DNA of 52,960 nt, taken from NCBI GenBank assembly GCA_030601605.1, contig JAUVTI010000001.1, positions 1-52,960 of the forward strand, written 5' to 3'. This document shows positions 42,930-51,548 of this stretch, one piece after another. The notes below the pieces were generated by a model. The model did no database searches. It had not been told where the DNA came from and saw only the letters and a list, made by a program, of their open reading frames with translations. The stretch comes from Gemmatimonadales bacterium (GTDB lineage: Bacteria; Gemmatimonadota; Gemmatimonadetes; Gemmatimonadales; GWC2-71-9). How positions within the stretch are numbered: position 1 is the first letter of the stretch; each line of letters begins with the position of its first letter. The position numbers and the translations under genes were made by a program.

Positions 42930-43324
42930 GATCCACCTCCCGATGGCCCATCCGGCAGCCGGAAGTGCACCGGCTGGAGAAACGACGTCGCGACCGGGCG
43001 CCCGTCCCGCTGGGCGGGCGCGAAGCGCATTTCAGTTACGCCGGCCAGCGCAGCCGAGTCGAGCGCCGGGTATCCGCTGGCTTCGGCAACTTGCGTGGAG
43101 TCCGGCACGACCGCGCCGGTGTCGTCCACGAAGAGTCGCAGCACGACCGTGCCTTCCACGCGCTGTTCGTAGAGGGCGCGTGGGTAGTCGATCGGCGACT
43201 CGGCGTTCACTACCACCGGCGCCTCGAACCGGCGCTGCGGCTGGTTCGTCACTTCACCGTTGGGTGTCGACTCTTCCGCCGCACAAGCGGCCAGCAACCC
43301 GGCTGCAATCCAGAGATGTCGCAT
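42926..43324 (-). CDS. lipoprotein consisting of a TonB C-terminal (TonB_C) domain only
   Basis: The ATG at 43324 overlaps the mutS TAA by 1 nt. Lipobox MRHLWIAAGLLAAC. IDYPRALYEQRVEGTVVLRLFVDDTGAV...SGYPALDSAAL...RFAPA is TonB_C. Confidence 0.75.
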   Translation of the reverse strand: MRHLWIAAGLLAACAAEESTPNGEVTNQPQRRFEAPVVVNAESPIDYPRALYEQRVEGTVVLRLFVDDTGAVVPDSTQVAEASGYPALDSAALAGVTEMRFAPAQRDGRPVATSFLQPVHFRLPDGPSGGGS

Positions 43325-45924
43325 TACCGATCCTCGGCGCGTTTCTTGAGCTCGGCGAGGCGGGTGAGCGCCTCGATGGGTGTCAACGTTTCGGGGTCGA
43401 GGTCCTGCAACTCCTTGACCACCGGGTGTTCGCCTGCCGCGAACAGTGCAAGCTGCTGCGCATCCGGTGCGGGCGGCGGAGCGATGCCCGCCACGTGATG
43501 TCCGGACTCCAACAGGGCGAGGATCTCCCACGCCCGCTGCACCACGTCGCGTGGCAGGCCCGCCAGCCGCCCCACGTGTATTCCGTAGGAGCGGTCCGAT
43601 CCGCCCGGCTGCAGCTTGTGGAGGAACACGATGTCGTCACCGGACTCCTTGACGGCCACGTTGTAGTTGCGTGTGTGCTGCAGCTCTTCGGTGAGTTGGG
43701 TGAGCTCGTGGTAGTGGGTCGCGAAGATGGTCTTGCAGCCCACGCTGTCGTGCAGATGCTCGGTTACCGCCCAGGCGATCGCCACGCCGTCGTAGGTCGC
43801 CGTGCCCCGTCCTATCTCGTCGAGCAGGATCAGGCTGGAGTCGGTGGCGCCGCGCAGGATGGCGCTGGTCTCGCTCATCTCCACCATGAACGTGGAGTGG
43901 CCGCGCCCCAGTGCGTCGCTCGCGCCGACGCGGGTGAACACGCGGTCCACCACGCCGATGCGTGCAGCGTCAGCCGCCACGAAAGAACCCATCTGCGCCA
44001 TCAGCACGGCGAGACCGGTCTGGCGCAGCACGGTGGACTTGCCGGCCATGTTGGGGCCGGTGAGCAGGATGATGCGGGCGGCGGCGTCGAGATGAACGTC
44101 GTTGGGGATGAACTTGCCCGGCGGCAGCATGCGCTCGACCACCGGATGCCTGGAACCAGTGAGCTCGAGTTCCATCCCCGAGTCCACTTCCGGGCGCACG
44201 TAGCGCTCGCGCACCGCCGTCTCCGCAAGAGCCGCGAAGACGTCGAGCGTGGCGCTTGTGCGCGCAGCCCCGCGCAGCCGGGCCAGGCGTGAGGCGATCG
44301 AATCACACAGGGCGTGCAGCAGGGCGCGCTCCGCTTCGAGCGCGCGCTCCTCCGCGCCCAGCACCCGCGCCTCGTAGCCCTTGAGCTCCGGTGTGACGTA
44401 GCGCTCGGCGTTGGTGAGAGTCTGGCGCCGCTCGTAGTTATCCGGGACCGCGTCCTTGTGCACCTTGGTGACTTCGATGTAGTAGCCGAAGACCTTGTTG
44501 TATCCGACCTTGAGCGACGATATGCCGGTGCGCTCCCGCTCGGTGACCTGGAGGGCGGCGATGTAGCGTTTGCCTCCGTCGCGCAGCTCGCGGATCTCGT
44601 CCAGCTCCGCATCTGCGCCGGGGCGGATACTGTCGGCGTCGCCAAGCGATGCGGGAGGGCTGTCCACCAGCATGCGGGACAGCTCGTCAGTGAGGTCGGT
44701 GAGCAGGTCGAAGTCCTCGGCAACGCGCTCCAGCTCGGCGCTGCGCTCGCGGGCGGCGAGTCCGTCGAGGGCGCTCTTCAGGTCGGGCAGCCGGGCGAGG
44801 GAATCGCGCAGCGCGCCCAGGTCGCGCGGGTTGGCGCGGTGCGCCGCGGCCCGTCCCGCCAGCCGCTCGATGTCGCGGACTCCGTCGAGCGCGTCCCACA
44901 GGCGCTCGCGGCCCCGTGCGTCGTCCACCAGCACCTCGACCGCGTCGAGGCGCGCGTTGATACCGTCCACCGTGCGCAGCGGCGCCAGCAGCCACTGCCG
45001 GAGCAGGCGCGCGCCCATGGGGGTGACCGTCCGATCGAGTACCTCGAGCAGCGTTCCGCCCTGCTCGCCCGGCCGCATCGGCTCGGTCAGCTCGAGGTTG
45101 CGGCGCGTCATCTCGTCGAGCGGCATCGTGGCGCCCACGCGCCGCACCGAGGGCGGCGCGAGCTGCGGCAGGCCGCCCGGCTGCAGTTCGCTCGCGTACT
45201 TGAGCAGTGCCCCCGCCGCGCCGAGGGCCGGCCGGTCGGAATCGCCGAGCCCGAGGCCTTCGAGCCCCCGCAATCCGAAACGCCGCGCAATCTCCTCGGC
45301 GGCTTCGTCGGGGTTGAACTCCCACGCCTCACGCTGTGTGACCATGAGCTGGCTGCCAGCGGCCGGCACCTCCCCACCCTCCGGCACGACGATCTCGCGA
45401 GGGTCGAAGCGGGAGAACGCGACCTGGAGGTCATCCACCGCCACCGTCTCCAGGATGAACTCGCCGGTCGATAGATCCAGCGCCGCGAGCCCGACCGGAT
45501 CGCCGGGGAGGATCGCCACCAGGAAGTTGTTGCATGTGCTGTCCAGCCACTCGTGGGCGAGGATCGCGCCGGGGCTCACCGTCTCGATCACCTCGCGCCG
45601 CACCACCCCCTTGGCGTGCTTTGGATCCTCCACCTGCTCGCAAATGGCTACCCGGTAGCCGCGCTCCACGAGGCGCCGCAGGTATCCGTCGGCGGCCTTG
45701 ACCGGCACGCCTGCCAGCGGGATCTCGGCGGCGGCGCCGCTGTTGCGGCTCGTGAGCGTCAGGCCCAACTCCCGCGCGGCGAGCTTCGCGTCGTCGAGGA
45801 ACATCTCGTAGAAGTCGCCCATGCGGAAAAACAGAATCGAATCGGTATGGCGCGCCTTGATTGCGCGGTACTGCTGCATCAGCGGGGTCTCGGCCTCCGG
45901 AGACGAGCGATGCCTTCGGCTCAC
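43324..45924 (-). CDS. mutS: DNA mismatch repair protein MutS
   Basis: TPLMQQYRAIKARH, Walker A GPNMAGKST and FATHYHELT. Confidence 0.95.
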   Translation of the reverse strand: MSRRHRSSPEAETPLMQQYRAIKARHTDSILFFRMGDFYEMFLDDAKLAARELGLTLTSRNSGAAAEIPLAGVPVKAADGYLRRLVERGYRVAICEQVEDPKHAKGVVRREVIETVSPGAILAHEWLDSTCNNFLVAILPGDPVGLAALDLSTGEFILETVAVDDLQVAFSRFDPREIVVPEGGEVPAAGSQLMVTQREAWEFNPDEAAEEIARRFGLRGLEGLGLGDSDRPALGAAGALLKYASELQPGGLPQLAPPSVRRVGATMPLDEMTRRNLELTEPMRPGEQGGTLLEVLDRTVTPMGARLLRQWLLAPLRTVDGINARLDAVEVLVDDARGRERLWDALDGVRDIERLAGRAAAHRANPRDLGALRDSLARLPDLKSALDGLAARERSAELERVAEDFDLLTDLTDELSRMLVDSPPASLGDADSIRPGADAELDEIRELRDGGKRYIAALQVTERERTGISSLKVGYNKVFGYYIEVTKVHKDAVPDNYERRQTLTNAERYVTPELKGYEARVLGAEERALEAERALLHALCDSIASRLARLRGAARTSATLDVFAALAETAVRERYVRPEVDSGMELELTGSRHPVVERMLPPGKFIPNDVHLDAAARIILLTGPNMAGKSTVLRQTGLAVLMAQMGSFVAADAARIGVVDRVFTRVGASDALGRGHSTFMVEMSETSAILRGATDSSLILLDEIGRGTATYDGVAIAWAVTEHLHDSVGCKTIFATHYHELTQLTEELQHTRNYNVAVKESGDDIVFLHKLQPGGSDRSYGIHVGRLAGLPRDVVQRAWEILALLESGHHVAGIAPPPAPDAQQLALFAAGEHPVVKELQDLDPETLTPIEALTRLAELKKRAEDR

Positions 45925-46787
45925 TGCTGCTCCTCGACGACGAACGGACTCCCGCCCAGCCGCTGCCTGAGCTCGTTCGCGAGCCGCTGGGCTGCGCTGC
46001 GATCGGGGAAGCGCCCCACCCGGACCTTGAAGAGCCCGTCCACGCCGCGGACCACGTGGGGGTCGTAGCCCGCCGCGTGCAGCTGGCGCATGAGCTCATC
46101 GGCGGCAACCGCGTTCTGTACCGCGGCAACCTGGGCTGCGTACACCGTCTGGGTGCCGGCCGAAGGCTGGGCCGGCCGCGCCTGGGCCGAGTCGCCGCCG
46201 AGCGAGTCGCCCTCCTGTGCGAAGGCGGCGCAGCGCTGCAGTTGGTAGCGAGCTCGCTGGGCCAACTCGACGTTGTCTCCGGCGTCGGCGGCCGCGGTGC
46301 TCAGCAGGCGGCACCCGTCGGCGCCGTTCCCGACCTCCAGCTGCGCGCGGCCGGCCCAGAAGCCCGCCTCGGGCAGAACCTCACTGAAGGGGTAGTCCAT
46401 CAGCACGCGCTGGGCGCTGCGGTATGCTGCGGCGTAATCGCCGGCGCCGAACGCGATCTGGGCGAGGCGCAGATGCGCCCGGTCGGCCCAGCCGGATCGC
46501 GCGTACTCGATGCCGACGCGGCGGAAGTAGAGCGTTGCGCTGTCCACGTCGGCCGCGACCACGCCCGCCGCGTAGAGCAACTCGGGGTAGAGCGTATCGT
46601 TGGGGGAGACCTCTGACAGTCGCGCGCGCACGAACACCCGCGCGGAGTCGCCCTGCCCCTCGGTGGCGAGCCTCACGGCGACGGTGAGGGTCGAATCCCC
46701 CTCGACTTCCTCCCAGGGAACCACTTCCTGCGCGGTCGCCGACGTGGCGGCCGCGAAGACCAGCACTGACAGCAAGAGTCGTCTCAC
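45921..46787 (-). CDS. TPR-like plus C-terminal SPOR domain protein
   Basis: Signal peptide, helical repeats and a C-terminal SPOR fold (YAAQVAAVQN...A..L..QL...GY.P.VV...GLFKVRVGRF.DR..A..LA). Confidence 0.8.
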   Translation of the reverse strand: MRRLLLSVLVFAAATSATAQEVVPWEEVEGDSTLTVAVRLATEGQGDSARVFVRARLSEVSPNDTLYPELLYAAGVVAADVDSATLYFRRVGIEYARSGWADRAHLRLAQIAFGAGDYAAAYRSAQRVLMDYPFSEVLPEAGFWAGRAQLEVGNGADGCRLLSTAAADAGDNVELAQRARYQLQRCAAFAQEGDSLGGDSAQARPAQPSAGTQTVYAAQVAAVQNAVAADELMRQLHAAGYDPHVVRGVDGLFKVRVGRFPDRSAAQRLANELRQRLGGSPFVVEEQQ

Positions 46788-47836
46788 GCCGCAGCCCTCC
46801 TGGCGCTCATCACGAGCAGCATGTCGCTCAAGGTACCGACCTCGTCGCTGATGGTAGTTGATTTCAGGGCACGGTCGGCGTCGTATGCGCTGCGCAACGC
46901 CTGATCGATGTCTTCGGCGGCCCAGTTCCTGGCGGCGGCGGTCCAGCGTGCCGCCTCGGCCTGCCAGCTTCCGAGTCCAGCGGGACGCGCCTGCTTGATG
47001 CGCTGGAGCACGGCCTGTTCGACGCGGCGCGCCGACGTTCCCTTGTCGAGCAGCGCCCGCGCCAGCCGCACGCCCACGAGGGCGGTGCCGAGCCCCGCTA
47101 CGAGGCGCACTCCGTTTACGCCCGATGTCGAGAGCACGCCCTCGAGTATTCCGATCGCCCGCGGCACGTCCCGCTGCAGCACCGCGCTCACCCAGTCGTG
47201 TGCGGTCTCGCCGCGCCGCACGCCCACGAGGTTGGCCACGTCGTCGACGCCCATGGGATGCTCACCCGCGGCGGCAGCCAGCTTCTCGATCTCCATCGCG
47301 AGCTGAGACAGCTCTCCGCCGAGCGCCTCGATCAGGTGCGTGACAGCATCGGGCTCGAAAGCGAACCCCGAACGCTCGGCGCGCAGCTTCACCCAGCGGG
47401 CGAGCCGCTTCGGGTCGAGGCCTCCGATGACGACGTGCGCCGCCTTCCGCGACAGGTCCGCGTGGGGCTTCTGGCCCGCTCCGTGCACCAACACCAGCAT
47501 CGTGGTGGGTGAGGGGTTGGCGACGTAGCGCTCCAGCACCTTCCAGACGCGCGCGTTCCTGCGCCATTGCTCGAGCGCCTTGATCACCACCACGCGGCGC
47601 TCGGCGAGCATCGGTGGCGTCTCGATCAGGGCGTGCAGGCTCTCCCCGTCGAGGTCGCCCGCGGAGCGGATGTCCAGGTTGAAGTCGCGGCTCGCCGGAT
47701 CCACGGCCTGCTCCAGCATGAGCGAGACGAGCTCGTCCTTCAGCACGTCCTCGTCGCCGGTCAGGTAGTAGACGGGAGCCAGCTCCCCGCGCCGGATCTG
47801 ACGGTACGCGGAGTCGAAGTCGAGGGAAGCCGCCAT
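46784..47836 (-). CDS. holA: DNA polymerase III subunit delta
   Basis: APVYYLTGDEDVLKDE near the N-terminus; 350 aa with the overall delta-subunit layout. Confidence 0.85.
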   Translation of the reverse strand: MAASLDFDSAYRQIRRGELAPVYYLTGDEDVLKDELVSLMLEQAVDPASRDFNLDIRSAGDLDGESLHALIETPPMLAERRVVVIKALEQWRRNARVWKVLERYVANPSPTTMLVLVHGAGQKPHADLSRKAAHVVIGGLDPKRLARWVKLRAERSGFAFEPDAVTHLIEALGGELSQLAMEIEKLAAAAGEHPMGVDDVANLVGVRRGETAHDWVSAVLQRDVPRAIGILEGVLSTSGVNGVRLVAGLGTALVGVRLARALLDKGTSARRVEQAVLQRIKQARPAGLGSWQAEAARWTAAARNWAAEDIDQALRSAYDADRALKSTTISDEVGTLSDMLLVMSARRAAA

Positions 47837-47883
47837 ATAGGGCGGAAACTACCGACCGGGAGGTGCGGGAGAAAGCCTGCCCG

Positions 47884-48390
47884 CTAGGGCGACAGCGCCG
47901 TGCGCACTCCGAAGGGTGCCTCGCCGGCTCCCGGGGTGCGCAGCGGCCCGGTGAAGGCCGGAACCGAGAGGTGAGCGAAGCTGACGAACGGGGGAGCCGG
48001 GTTGGCGACCACGACCGGCCGGGGCCGCTGGACAGGCTGCTGTGCGGCGCGGGAGCCGGGGCCCGTCGCGGCCTCCCACACGAAGAGCGCCGCCGCGGTC
48101 ATCAGCATCAGGGCCACCATGATTCCGGCGGGAGCCGGAGTGACGGGTTCGTACAGGGTGAGCGGCGGACCTGCCAGGCGGCTCGCCAGACGGCGCCCTG
48201 ACAGCCACGTGGGCTCGAGCTCGCGCAGGCTCTTCAGCACAGTGACGCCCCTGGCCACCCTGGCGTGATACTGGGTACACCGGGGGCAGCTCTGCAGGTG
48301 ATCGCTCATCCGCTGCCGCAGATCTGCGCCGATCAGGCCGTCGCGCCAATCGGAATAGCGCTCCAGAAACTCGTGACAATTCATGGCCAT
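47884..48390 (-). CDS. anti-sigma factor (zf-HC2, single-pass membrane)
   Basis: N-terminal CHEF...HLQSCPRC zinc-finger motif, one TM helix (IMVALMLMTAAALFVW), located downstream of an ECF sigma gene. Confidence 0.75.
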   Translation of the reverse strand: MAMNCHEFLERYSDWRDGLIGADLRQRMSDHLQSCPRCTQYHARVARGVTVLKSLRELEPTWLSGRRLASRLAGPPLTLYEPVTPAPAGIMVALMLMTAAALFVWEAATGPGSRAAQQPVQRPRPVVVANPAPPFVSFAHLSVPAFTGPLRTPGAGEAPFGVRTALSP

Positions 48391-48431
48391 CGGGTGTTAC
48401 AGCGGGACTTCGGCGATGTTCCCCTCATACC

Positions 48432-48492
48432 GGGAAACGGGAAACGGGAAGCGTGCGATGGTCGCTGTACCCTTCCCCCTTCCCCGTTCCCC
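48432..48492. repeat. inverted 3+3 array of the GGGRAAC / GTTYCCC heptamer
   Basis: GGGAAAC GGGAAAC GGGAAGC (48432-48452), an 18-19 nt spacer, then CTTCCCC CTTCCCC GTTCCCC (48472-48492). One more GTTCCCC lies at 48418-48424. Confidence 0.9.
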
Positions 48493-48515
48493 GGTGGGTC
48501 AGGGACGCTGGGCGG

Positions 48516-49163
48516 CTAATCGAGCAGCGGCCCGATGATCTGGGCGAAGCGGTTGCGCGCCCGGTTGAGCCGGCTCTTCACCGTGCCGAGGTTGCAGTCG
48601 GTGATCTCGGCAATCTCTTCGTAGGTCTTCCCCTCGAGCTCGCGCAGCACGAACACGACGCGGTGGTGCTCCGGCAGCTGCTTCACCGCCCACTCGACGA
48701 GCTCGCGCAGGTGCCGCTTGCGGAAGAGGTCCTCCGGCCGGTAGTGCCTGTCCTCGAACTGGAGCGGTCGGTGGTCGGCCTCCCAGTTTTTCTTGATGGT
48801 CTGAAACAGCACGAGCGGACTGCGGCTGCGGTTCCGCAGCTCGTTCTTGGCCAGGTTGGACGCGATCGTGTAGATCCACGTCGAGAACTTCCTCGTCTGG
48901 TCGAAACGGTGCAGATGGCGGTGCACGCGGATGAACACTTCCTGCACCAGATCCTCGGAGCGCTCACGGTCGCCGATGGTCCGGTAGATGAAGTTGAGCA
49001 ACCGCTTCTGGTAGCGGTCCACCAGCACGTCGAACCCCCGCTGCCGCCCCGCCAGGAACGCCGCCACCACGCTCGAATCGTCGAGCGCGCGCAGCTCAAT
49101 GGTCTCCGCCCCGTAGGCGGACTTGGGTGTCACCCGTTGCAGGGTGTCAGGCCTAGCGGTCAT
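48516..49163 (-). CDS. ECF-type RNA polymerase sigma-70 family factor
   Basis: Region 2 is DLVQEVFIRVHRHLHRFD. Region 4 is VFVLRELEGKTYEEIAEITDCNLGTVKSRLNRAR. ATG at 49163 (MTARPD...). Confidence 0.85.
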   Translation of the reverse strand: MTARPDTLQRVTPKSAYGAETIELRALDDSSVVAAFLAGRQRGFDVLVDRYQKRLLNFIYRTIGDRERSEDLVQEVFIRVHRHLHRFDQTRKFSTWIYTIASNLAKNELRNRSRSPLVLFQTIKKNWEADHRPLQFEDRHYRPEDLFRKRHLRELVEWAVKQLPEHHRVVFVLRELEGKTYEEIAEITDCNLGTVKSRLNRARNRFAQIIGPLLD

Positions 49164-49331
49164 GTGAAGCTCCCGGGCCACGCCCCCGTCGAGGGGCCGG
49201 CCCTCGTTCTGACGAACAAGATGCGGTACAACGCCCTCCTTACTGTGCCCCAAACACCGCACGAATCGTACCGATCCGGGTACGAAGCCCGTCCTTGTGG
49301 CGTAAGCCGTTGACGATCATTCAGATACGAA

Positions 49332-49358
49332 GGGCCCGGCGAACCGTCCACCGGGCCC
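49332..49358 (-). terminator. possible terminator hairpin after the NUDIX gene
   Basis: GGGCCCGG-11 nt-CCGGGCCC, followed on the minus strand by TTCGTATCT. The T-tract is weak. Confidence 0.35.
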
Positions 49359-49398
49359 CTCCAGGCTCCGACCCGTCCCCCGTGGGGGACACAGTCCC

Positions 49399-49956
49399 CT
49401 ACAAATCAAGTCGGAATCCGGCCACCCAGAGGAGAGCCGCGATGGACTTCGCGTCCACGATCTTCCCGTCGCGGATCATCTCCAGGATCTGGGTGATGGG
49501 CAGCGGCTTCACCTCTATGAACTCGTCGCCCTCATGGTTGGGTTCCCCTGCGGTGATCCCGGTGGCCAGATAGAGGTGAATCCGCTCGTCCGTGAAGCCC
49601 GGAGTCGTGTAGATCGTGGTGAGGTGCTCGATTTGCTCGGCGCTCGCTCCGGTCTCCTCCAGAAGCTCGCGCCGCGCGCACGCCTCCGGGTCCTCTCCGG
49701 GCTCCAGGGTGCCCGCCGGGATCTCCCAGATGACCCCGCCGGTGGCGTGGCGGTACTGCTCGAGGAGGAGGATCGACGGGTCGGGGTTTCCCGGGTCCGA
49801 CAGAAGCGGGACTACGGCCACAGCCCCGGGATGGCGGACGATTTCCAGCTCGAATTCCCTGCCGTCGGGCGCCCGGAGGGTGTCCAGGTCCACCCTCACG
49901 AGCCGCCCGTCGAAGGCGCGCCGAGAGCCGATGTGCTCAGGTGCGTCGCCGGTCAT
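49399..49956 (-). CDS. NUDIX hydrolase (ADP-ribose pyrophosphatase-like)
   Basis: The Nudix box is GTLEPGEDPEACARRELLEETG. I prefer the ATG at 49956 (MTGDAPEH...) because the upstream 39 aa are Pro/Ser/Arg-rich and overlap the next gene. Confidence 0.85.
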   Translation of the reverse strand: MTGDAPEHIGSRRAFDGRLVRVDLDTLRAPDGREFELEIVRHPGAVAVVPLLSDPGNPDPSILLLEQYRHATGGVIWEIPAGTLEPGEDPEACARRELLEETGASAEQIEHLTTIYTTPGFTDERIHLYLATGITAGEPNHEGDEFIEVKPLPITQILEMIRDGKIVDAKSIAALLWVAGFRLDL

Positions 49957-49999
49957 CGGGGTCTCCGGCCGGGGCGTGTGCGGAGCGCTTCCCGCTGGC

Positions 50000-50167
50000 T
50001 CAGGCTTGCCGGGAGAAGACGACGAGCGTCTTCTGGTCGGGGAGGAGGTCGAGGGAGTGGTAGGTCCAGCCACCCCGCGCGCGCTCGTTCAGCAGGTCCG
50101 TGATCATGACCTCGTCCTCGCGGGACTTTCCCTGCAGCCGCACGATCACCGCCTGGTACTCTGTCAT
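50000..50167 (-). CDS. DUF4177-like small protein (55 aa)
   Basis: MTEYQAVIVRLQGK...ITDLLNERARGGWTYHSLDLL...TLVVFSR fits the DUF4177 pattern (EY..V...LN..A..GW...S). ATG at 50167. Confidence 0.45.
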   Translation of the reverse strand: MTEYQAVIVRLQGKSREDEVMITDLLNERARGGWTYHSLDLLPDQKTLVVFSRQA

Positions 50168-50697
50168 CAAAGCCTCTGGGTCGAATGAGAGCCCTGCTCG
50201 TCGTGTGAATCTAGCGGCTTTTGAGCAGTCCGGGGGACCCTCCTCAGCGGCGCCCTGGGGCGCGGCTCGAGCACCAGCCCTGGCCTCCGGAGGGTGTGAC
50301 ATCCGTCACAGGATCGCAGAACAGCGGCGATGAGGTACATCTCCCTGCGGGACTGCGAAGGTGCCGCCGCCGCGACCTGTCGTGGCCACCGCACCGCGGG
50401 GTGGCGAAACCGCGGTGGGACCACGACCCGTGCCATATTTGGAGGCCAAGTGGCCGAATCAGGCTCGTGGCCGTGCTGATGTCCGGCACCGCCGCGCCGG
50501 TTGCGTTGCTGTAGCGGTCCTGCGCAACTTGCGGAGGTTAGCGGTCTGCGCATTTGCGTTATTGCGATTATGCTGTGTTGGAGGCGCAGTCGTGACGTGT
50601 GGGCTTGCGAGGGGGTGGGGTTGTCCGTAACCATAGCTTCGGCGCCGCTGCCCGGCTGCGCCGGACGGGCCCGAATTCAAGGCCTCTGGAGGGGCGT

Positions 50698-51207
50698 GTG
50701 CAGACTGGACCCCCGCCGTACAGCATTACGCGCGTAGTCCGCCTCATCTTCGGCACGGCGACCATAGTGCTGCTCGTGGCGGCGTTCCTCGTGCGCAGCG
50801 ACCCCCGGCTGTTCGTGGCGTCGGCCGCCTGCGGCGTGATGTGGTGGGCTTGGGATCTCCTGGTGGAGTACGTGGGCACCCCCCTCGGGGACTGGGTCTC
50901 GATGCAGCTCCTGGGCGGCGGGATCGGGACGCTCCCGCTGCAGGCGAGGCCCAACCTGGAGGACGTGATCCGGCTGCTGGAGGGCTACCTCCAGCGGGGG
51001 GCCTCCCGCAAGGTGGACATCAACGCCGCCATCCGGCTCGAGGAGATCTACCGCACCGTGAAGAAGGATCCGGCACGCGCTCGCGCCGCAATCAGGTTGG
51101 CGAAGGAGCGCTATCCCGATGCGCCGGAGCTGGCGCGGTACGACCTGGATGATGACGACGAGGGCTGGCTCGAGCGGCTGGGCAGGGGCGAGCTGCCGGA
51201 CGGATGA
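50698..51207 (+). CDS. hypothetical membrane protein with helical C-terminal domain
   Basis: The GTG at 50698 is preceded by GGAGGGG. Two hydrophobic helices (LIFGTATIVLLVAAFLV, FVASAACGVMWWAWDLLV) are followed by a TPR-like helical segment. No family recognised. Confidence 0.5.
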   Translation: MQTGPPPYSITRVVRLIFGTATIVLLVAAFLVRSDPRLFVASAACGVMWWAWDLLVEYVGTPLGDWVSMQLLGGGIGTLPLQARPNLEDVIRLLEGYLQRGASRKVDINAAIRLEEIYRTVKKDPARARAAIRLAKERYPDAPELARYDLDDDDEGWLERLGRGELPDG

Positions 51208-51378
51208 GGTCGGAGCCTCGGTGCAAAGCTCAACACATGGTTAACTGGTGTACCACGAAATAATATAGTGCTGCGGTGGTTGCCTGGCGCTGGTCCAGAG
51301 GCTGCCTTTCTGGGGGTCGGGCGCCGGCGGTTGCCAGCTGGCGCCTGGCGCCATCTCCCCGCACCGGGCCTCATTGTG

Positions 51379-51384
51379 TATAAT
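51379..51384 (+). promoter_or_regulatory. candidate -10 element (TATAAT) for tRNA-Phe
   Basis: A perfect TATAAT lies 12 nt upstream of the tRNA 5' end. No convincing -35 element was found. Confidence 0.3.
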
Positions 51385-51395
51385 TCCCGGCTCCG

Positions 51396-51468
<73 letters not shown>

Positions 51469-51495
51469 CTCAACGCGCCGATACCGAACAGGAAG

Positions 51496-51519
51496 ACGGG
51501 TCCCCCCACCGGGACCCGT
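51496..51519. terminator. hairpin terminator between tRNA-Phe and the convergent gene
   Basis: ACGGGTCCC-cccacc-GGGACCCGT forms a 9-bp stem followed by TTGTG. Confidence 0.55.
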
Positions 51520-51548
51520 TTGTGCTCGCGACCGGACTGGACCTGGCC

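Noticed and set aside
50168-50697. Possibility that the long non-coding gap encodes tmRNA, SRP RNA or 6S RNA.
   Set aside because: I could not find the diagnostic elements by eye: a tRNA-like acceptor with GGGG...CCA ends and a tag ORF, the SRP domain IV GGAA/AGCA motif, or a long 6S-type imperfect duplex. The interval remains an unclassified candidate only.
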